From positions 1 to 15,630 of the forward strand of contig NW_021825390.1 of NCBI RefSeq assembly GCF_006345805.1: DNA of 15,630 nucleotides. The letters are read 5' to 3'. The translations under genes were made by a program, and so were the position numbers. Shown one piece after another: positions 9,716-15,630 of the stretch. The notes beneath the pieces were generated by a model. The model worked only from the letters and a program-made list of their open reading frames with translations, ran no database searches and was not told the origin of the DNA. This DNA comes from Octopus sinensis. Its lineage: Eukaryota. Every line of letters starts with the position of its first letter. Within the stretch, counting starts at the first letter, position 1.

Positions 9716-9927
9716 GCATGTCTATCTGAACGCATTTGTATGAATATGTATGCGTATGTGCCTGAATGTGTATGTGATTGTCACTAACTATTTCTGCAGA
9801 AATTTGACAGTATGTGCCGTAGCGTTTGTGTATCGATCTGTGAAGTATGATTGCTTGTATCTACGCCTGTTTCTGTGTGCAGAGGTGCATATGTATATGT
9901 GTAAATACATATATGCGTGAATGCATG

Positions 9928-9975
9928 CATACATACATACATACATACATACATACATACATACATACATACATG
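9928..9975. repeat. (TACA)n microsatellite
   Basis: Directly visible. Confidence 0.95.
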
Positions 9976-10078
9976 CATGCATACGTACTCACATGCATAA
10001 ATGCATACACACACTAATAAAGCACTTCTTTAGATCTTGATGGAATAAAAACAAGTCAAACAACGAAATATTTGGCAA

Positions 10079-10079
10079 T

Positions 10080-10140
<61 letters not shown>

Positions 10141-10160
10141 CCACCATCACCACCACCACC

Positions 10161-10194
<34 letters not shown>

Positions 10195-10200
10195 TCATCA
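10079..10200. repeat. (CAT)n-(CAC)n-(CAT)n microsatellite
   Basis: Directly visible. Confidence 0.95.
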
Positions 10201-10779
10201 TTAACAACAAAAACAAAAACTTCTGCCATCTTCTTTATTATTTATCTAATTATCATCAACGGAAGCATATATTTATAAATACATACAGACCCACAGACAC
10301 ACGCATATATACACAAACGCATGTACACACACACACACACACACACACACATATTTATATATACGCATGTGTATATATTTCCTTGTATACATCTGCCTTT
10401 AAGAAGGTTCTATAATAACTTGCTTCTGTGTGTGTCTGTATGTGCATCTGACGTTATTGCCTATCTGACTGTGTGTATGTATGTGTGTGTGTGTGTGTAG
10501 GTGTGTATGCGTGCGTGTGCGAGTGTGTGTGTGCTTGTCTGTAATGAGGGGGCCATCTGGAATATTGCAGACCAAATAAATTAAAAGCGAATTTGTCACA
10601 TGCAACTTCAGAACGAGGCTTTATTGACCTCTTGTGTCCCGGATTGCAAAAGGCAAAACGAGACATCTGGGACAGTTCCTTTTGCTTTGTTTTTTTTTCT
10701 CTTTTCTTTTAACTATTTCCTATTTTCTAATTCTTCTTTAGATCTTGATGAAACAGAAACAACAACGATATAATTCTGT

Positions 10780-10893
10780 ATCATCATCATCATCATTACC
10801 AACACCAACGCCGTCACTATCTTCTCCATTATCATCATATTGATCATTGCCGTCGTCGTTGGCGCCGTTATCATCATCATCATCATCATCATC

Positions 10894-10928
<35 letters not shown>

Positions 10929-11206
10929 TATCATCGTCAGCGTCATTATCGCCATCATCATGGTCGTCATCATCATCATCATCATCATCATCACCATAAT
11001 CATCATCATATAGTACCGCTACCACGACCACCACGACCTCTATCACATCATCATCATCATCATCACCATCATCTCTGTCATTACTAACGCCGTCTTTTTT
11101 ATGGAGTAGAATATTATCATTTGTAAAATCACAAATTATCATCATCAACATCATTTTTGTCATCATCATCATCACAATTAGCATTCTTATAAAATCAATT
11201 TTCATG

Positions 11207-11273
<67 letters not shown>

Positions 11274-11662
11274 TCAGGCATCAATCATGTTTATTATCAT
11301 CACCATCATCACCATCATCAACAGAATAACAATAGTATTATCGTCATCACTATCCTCATAGTCGTAACATTCACCTCATCATTATCATCTCCGTCATCGT
11401 TTTCCTCCTCCTGGTCTTGCTGCTCCTCCTGTTCCTCCTGCTGCCTCTCCTCCTCGTCATCATAACCACTATCCCCGCAGCCACCCACCACCACCACCGT
11501 CAGCACCACAACAAACACTATCATTGCAAACATCACCACCATCTCACTGCTACCACCGCAACCACAAAAACAACAACTACAACTACCATCAGCATCACAT
11601 GCACCAGAACCAGCATCATGACCATCACCACCACCACCACCACCACCACCATCACCACCACC

Positions 11663-11708
<46 letters not shown>

Positions 11709-12060
11709 CCATCGCCACCACCATTGTACTTGCATCATACCACCACCATCTCAACAATATCAATAACAGCACCATCAACAATCACACCACAAACTACCAT
11801 CACTACCACCACAGCCACAACAACAACTACCACCAGCACTACGACCGGTACCACCTCTGTACCAGACCAGCACCAATGCCACACCAGTACCAGCGCCGCC
11901 GCCACCGCCACCACCGCCTCCACCACCGCCTCCACCATCGCCGCCACCACCGCCACCGACGTTGCCAATCGTACTAGTATCATACCACCATCACCACCAC
12001 CTTAACAACCTCAATAACTACACAAACTACAGCCACCAACACAACCAGCACCATCACCTT
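10780..12060. repeat. (CAT)n, (AAT)n and (CAC/AAC)-rich low-complexity tracts
   Basis: Directly visible; (AAT)n lies at about 11207-11270. Confidence 0.92.
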
Positions 12061-12808
12061 CTCCGTTTTCTTTTCTCGTCCTTATATTTTATCTCCTATG
12101 CTTTTAGTTTTATCTTAGTTACGTCCCTTGCCATGGTAGCTCTTCAGAAGTTTACACATCCAAATAATATTTTGCCATCATTTCCTATCTTTATGGGATT
12201 ATTTGCTTCACTATATTTTACTATTCTACTGTATTTTCTTACGTATTTGTTAACACAGTCTGATACAATTAATTCATTTATTTGTTAGGTTATCCAAACT
12301 AGTTCTTCTACTCTGAGATAATCCAAAGAAATTTAATAATTCACTCCAGACATCCGAAAATCTCCACCCACTCAACGTTAAATAGATATTAATTCAGACG
12401 CTTGTTCTATTTTTTCTTTCTCCGCAAATTAATTTAATAATATTTCGCGAACATCTAAAGGCTTTTCTACTTTTCGTATAATTTTTCCTTTGCTTAGACA
12501 ATATTCTAATAATTTCAATTAAATGAACGCAGTTATTATATATAAACATTTAACCAACTTTGCTCTCTTTACAAAGTATATTATGGTAAGATAAACAAAG
12601 CTAATAAAATTATAATTCTATCATCTATAGCTTCGTTTCTTAGTACTAGTTTAATAATATTCTGTATGATCATTCACTACTATAATGGCCTCTGTTTCTC
12701 TGAGCTGGATGGTTTTTGTATTTACCTCTACGTGGTAACTTGATTTGCTAGACATAGGAATCATATGTCCCTCAAGTTGCAAATACCTGTCATATATTTG
12801 ATCCTTTG

Positions 12809-13145
12809 TCTTTTATTTGTTTCTGTTTCAGTCATAAGACTGCGGCCAAGTGCGAGCAATGTTTTGTAGGGTTTAATCGAATAAATTGACACCGGTACCT
12901 ATTTGTTAGTCTGGTACTTACTATATCACACTCTGTTGCGGAATCGTGATGTTACGAGGACGTAAACTAAACAACACCGGAGGTCAAAGCGGTGGTGAAG
13001 GTTATATACAAAGGCACACACATAGACATATACTTACAAACACACACACACACACACACAAACTCACACGTACACACGCATAAATACATACATACATACA
13101 TACATACATACATACATACATACATACATACATACATACATACAC
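12809..13145 (-). mobile_element. 3' half of family-C SINE plus its internal (CA)/(TACA) microsatellite
   Basis: The + strand reads TGTTTCAGTCATAAGACTGCGGCCA..., the reverse-strand tail motif seen again at 13320-13360. The minus strand contains TAAGTACCAG and GGTGTCAATTTATTCGATT, related to the family-A central block. Confidence 0.75.
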
Positions 13146-13314
13146 ATATCTATATGAAATGTATTGTAGAATATACATCTTAATAAACATACAATTTTAA
13201 CCTCGGTATCTACCAAGCTGAATCAAGAGTTTTTTCGTATTTCAAACAAATTACATAGGAAAAGTGTTTATCCATCAAAGCGCATTCTATTATCTGTTTA
13301 TGTTTATGTTTATG

Positions 13315-13360
13315 TTTTCCAGTTTCAGCTCTTGAGCTGTGGCCATGCTGGGGCACCGCC
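13315..13360 (-). mobile_element. Short 3' SINE tail fragment
   Basis: GTTTCAGCTCTTGAGCTGTGGCCATGCTGGGGCACCGCC is similar to GTTTCAGTCATAAGACTGCGGCCA at about 12825-12850. Confidence 0.65.
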
Positions 13361-14478
13361 ATTTATGTTGCCATTACTACGTAAGAAGTTCAGTTCCACG
13401 CTCATACCGTTTGCTTGGTATATAGGCAAAGATCTCCCGGCACCCGTTTTCAACCAATCCACATTATTAAATCTCTGTCAATGCAGGAAACAATATCTGT
13501 CTATGGCTTGGAAAAGAAGGTAATCTGAAGGTGTGACGTCTGGTCACATTGGCAGTGCGTGCTAGGCCATTGTAATGCTGTAGAAGTGCACGTCTTCAAG
13601 TGACCATTGCCGGGTAGCGTGGTTTCAATGCATCGTATACTTACTGCAGTTGTTGACCATAAAGGTTAGCGTTCACAACATGATCATTTGGGACAAAGTG
13701 CAACACACCCTTGAAATTTCACACAAGACACAACATGACATTCTGTGCATGCCGCTCTTGTTTGGACAAGGTTCTGATATCTAACCGGAATAGATTTCTC
13801 TTGTTAAGATTACGAAAATAGATCCAGTTTTCGATGCTCAAATCTCGAAGATTTGCCAGCAGTTGTTTACAAATGTTCTCACCTCACTGAGTTTGGTCAT
13901 TGATCAGTTTATGAGGAACTTCACGACAGTCTTCGTTCGCAAGGCCGAACTTTGAGCGGTGCCGAATGATGGTGCTTTGTGAAGGATCAAGTTCTGCCGA
14001 TAATATACGAGTGCTTGAGCGAAAAGCTCAATTCCCAGCCCATACGATTTGGCTTGATTTAAGGCAAAAATCTCCCTGCACCCATTTTCATCCTTACCCA
14101 CATTGTTGAATGTCTGTCTATACAAGAAATAAGCCATGGCTGAAAAAGTAGTCTGAACATGTAAGGTCAGGTTACATTGGCAGTGCATCCTGGGCCATTG
14201 TAATACTGTAGAAGTGCACCCCTTCAATTGATCTTTGCCGGGTAGCGGAATTTCAGGCTAAGCCTCATCTTCCATGACAGACAGTCTCCTTGACTGCGGA
14301 TTGTCCTCGAGGGTAGCATTACCTACCTTGAACCGGCAAACTAGTTTTGTGCTACACGTTCGTTGACAGCTCCTAGGCCGTTTACATCATTAATTTCTTT
14401 TCCCGATGCCTTTGCAGTCAGTCCTTTTATCCGCAGGTAGCGTAAAATGGATCCGTTTGATATTTTTTCACTACTCAT
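13361..14478 (-). pseudogene. Decayed, rearranged mariner (Tc1/mariner, DD34D-type) transposase
   Basis: Manual translation with stops and frameshifts. ATG at 14478 gives MSSEKISNGSILRYLRIKGLTAKASGKEINDVNGLGAVNERVAQN*FA/RFKVGNATLEDNPQSRRLS (first HTH). Then PSQSTIIRH, EVPHKL, ENWIYFRN, VMLCLV*NFKGVLHF, NANLYGQQL, RYPA, LLQHYNGLARTANVT (cf. HDNARPH), PSDYLLF, ENGCREIFA, GTELL. No TIRs found. Confidence 0.92.
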
Positions 14479-14518
14479 TATCAAAGCTGTAAAATAGAGA
14501 ACATACAATTAATGATTA

Positions 14519-14804
14519 TCTTTATATATAAAAGTCAAGTTGTATGTCTGTCTCCTACGATTTAGATTCCTAACTACTCCACATTTGCGGTGCAGTAGTT
14601 TAACCAAAACGGGTATCTTATAGTCGTGATTCATATCGAACCCTTCTGGGTATTAGTGCGCGTCTACGATGAGTCTACGATTAAAAAAAAAATTTTTTTT
14701 CCATTTTTAATGAATTTTTTGCTATTTTTTGGCTATAACTCTCTAAAAATGCTTATATAGTTATTTCCCTTACAAACCCGAGCAACGCCGGGCGATACTG
14801 CTAG
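14519..14804 (+). mobile_element. Non-autonomous Helitron, copy 2
   Basis: A|TCTTTATATATAAAAG ... CCCGAGCAACGCCGGG hairpin ... CTAG|T. Collinear with 7424-7851 but lacks the internal duplication. Confidence 0.9.
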
Positions 14805-14954
14805 TATGTTATATACGAAAATAAAGAATAACACAATTGTGCAACGACTCGGTTACAAGTTGTATCAACAGTTCTATATTTAAGAGATGAGGAATTATGT
14901 ACACTATTTACATTATTTACATTATTTACATTTGTTCTCATCTTGTTTGTTGTT

Positions 14955-14998
14955 AATACAACGTTTCGGCTGATACCCTCCAGCCTTCATCAAGTGTC
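14955..14998 (-). ncRNA. Degenerate minimal type-I hammerhead ribozyme-like motif (left arm)
   Basis: Minus strand: GACAC-TTGATGA-A-GGCTG(GAGGGTAT)CAGCC-GAA-ACGT-T-GTATT. This shows the core UGAUGA, a 5-bp stem II, GAAA, a palindromic ACGU in place of stem III, and stem I GACAC/GUAUU with one mismatch. Position 3 is U rather than C. Confidence 0.6.
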
Positions 14999-15238
14999 TT
15001 GGGGAAATTTCGAACCTGCCTTCTCATTCCTAAGGTATTTTTCGATGTTGTTGTTGTTGTTGTTGTTGTTATTATTATTATTATTATTCAAGTCACTGCC
15101 TTGAATCGAAATCGGAATCTTGGGGTTAGTAGCCCGCGCTCTTAACCACAGTGGGCATATGGCGTAGTATTTAAGATCGCGGGCTACTAACCCCAAGATT
15201 CCGAGTTCGATTCAAGGCAGTGACCTGAATAATAATAA

Positions 15239-15286
<48 letters not shown>

Positions 15287-15338
15287 AATCAACAACAATA
15301 ACAACAACAACAACAACAACAACAACAACGACGACGAC

Positions 15339-15380
<42 letters not shown>

Positions 15381-15427
15381 TCGAAAAATACCTTAAGAAT
15401 GAGAACCGAGGTTCGAAATTTCCCCAA

Positions 15428-15483
15428 GACACTTGATGGTGGGTATATCAGGCTGGTGGGTATATCAGCCGAAACATTGTGTT
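15428..15483 (+). ncRNA. Disrupted hammerhead-like motif (right arm)
   Basis: GACAC-TTGATG-[GTGGGTATATCA, duplicate of 15456-15467]-GGCTG(GTGGGTATAT)CAGCC-GAAACATT-GTGTT. Stem I GACAC/GUGUU and stem II are intact; the core is broken. Confidence 0.45.
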
Positions 15484-15630
15484 AACAACAAACAACAAAC
15501 AAGATGTGCACAATGTTTGTCAATAGTAAATTAAAGTTGTATCAAATTAATGAAATGACATGGAGAAAGAAGTTGCCAAAAGTCATCAGTGAAAATATGA
15601 AATCAACTTTTGACGAAACTTGGAATACAT

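Larger units (their letters stand above)
14869..15533. mobile_element. Head-to-head inverted dimer of a tRNA-headed retroposon, with 12-bp TSD
   Basis: Left arm 15149->14869 (minus) and right arm 15153->15533 (plus) are reverse complements apart from microsatellite length and scattered changes. AAGTTGTATCAA occurs at 14857-14868 and 15534-15545. Right-arm A-box TGGCGTAGT at 15160 and B-box GAGTTCGATTC at 15203-15213. Confidence 0.9.

Noticed and set aside
9790-9803. 14-bp perfect palindrome ATTTCTGCAGAAAT
   Set aside because: A single short palindrome with no associated element ends or repeat; plausible by chance.
2286-12288. ORFs rich in YI, HT, CV, YLSI, poly-M/D/H/V/T
   Set aside because: They are direct translations of (TA)n, (CA)n, (TATC)n, (CAT)n and (CAC)n tracts, with no coding evidence.
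13904-14227. 107-aa ORF as an intact gene
   Set aside because: It is a chimeric read-through of frameshifted mariner fragments.
14478-14870. Mariner terminal inverted repeats
   Set aside because: No inverted match was found between this flank and 13200-13360; the ends are obscured by Helitron and SINE insertions.
15153-15226. Functional tRNA gene
   Set aside because: Acceptor, anticodon and T stems are incomplete, the A-box is mutated, and the sequence is embedded in a TSD-flanked repeat, so it is treated as a SINE head.

Overview
Eukaryotic, repeat-dense DNA with no intact protein-coding gene. The SINE families and the very high microsatellite load suggest an octopus/coleoid cephalopod genome; this is inferred from remembered repeat motifs, not from a search. 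Contents: two co-oriented pile-ups of tRNA-derived SINEs (874-1719, 3812-4920) with nested self-insertion; a SINE with a 13-bp TSD (8157-8529); two copies of a non-autonomous Helitron (7424-7851, 14519-14804); a decayed, internally rearranged mariner transposase (13361-14478, minus); a possible Gypsy/GIN-type integrase fossil; and many microsatellites, which explain most of the ORF track. The most striking structure is 14869-15533, a head-to-head inverted dimer of a tRNA-headed element flanked by one 12-bp TSD. Each arm's tail carries a degenerate minimal type-I hammerhead-ribozyme motif of the Penelope-associated kind.
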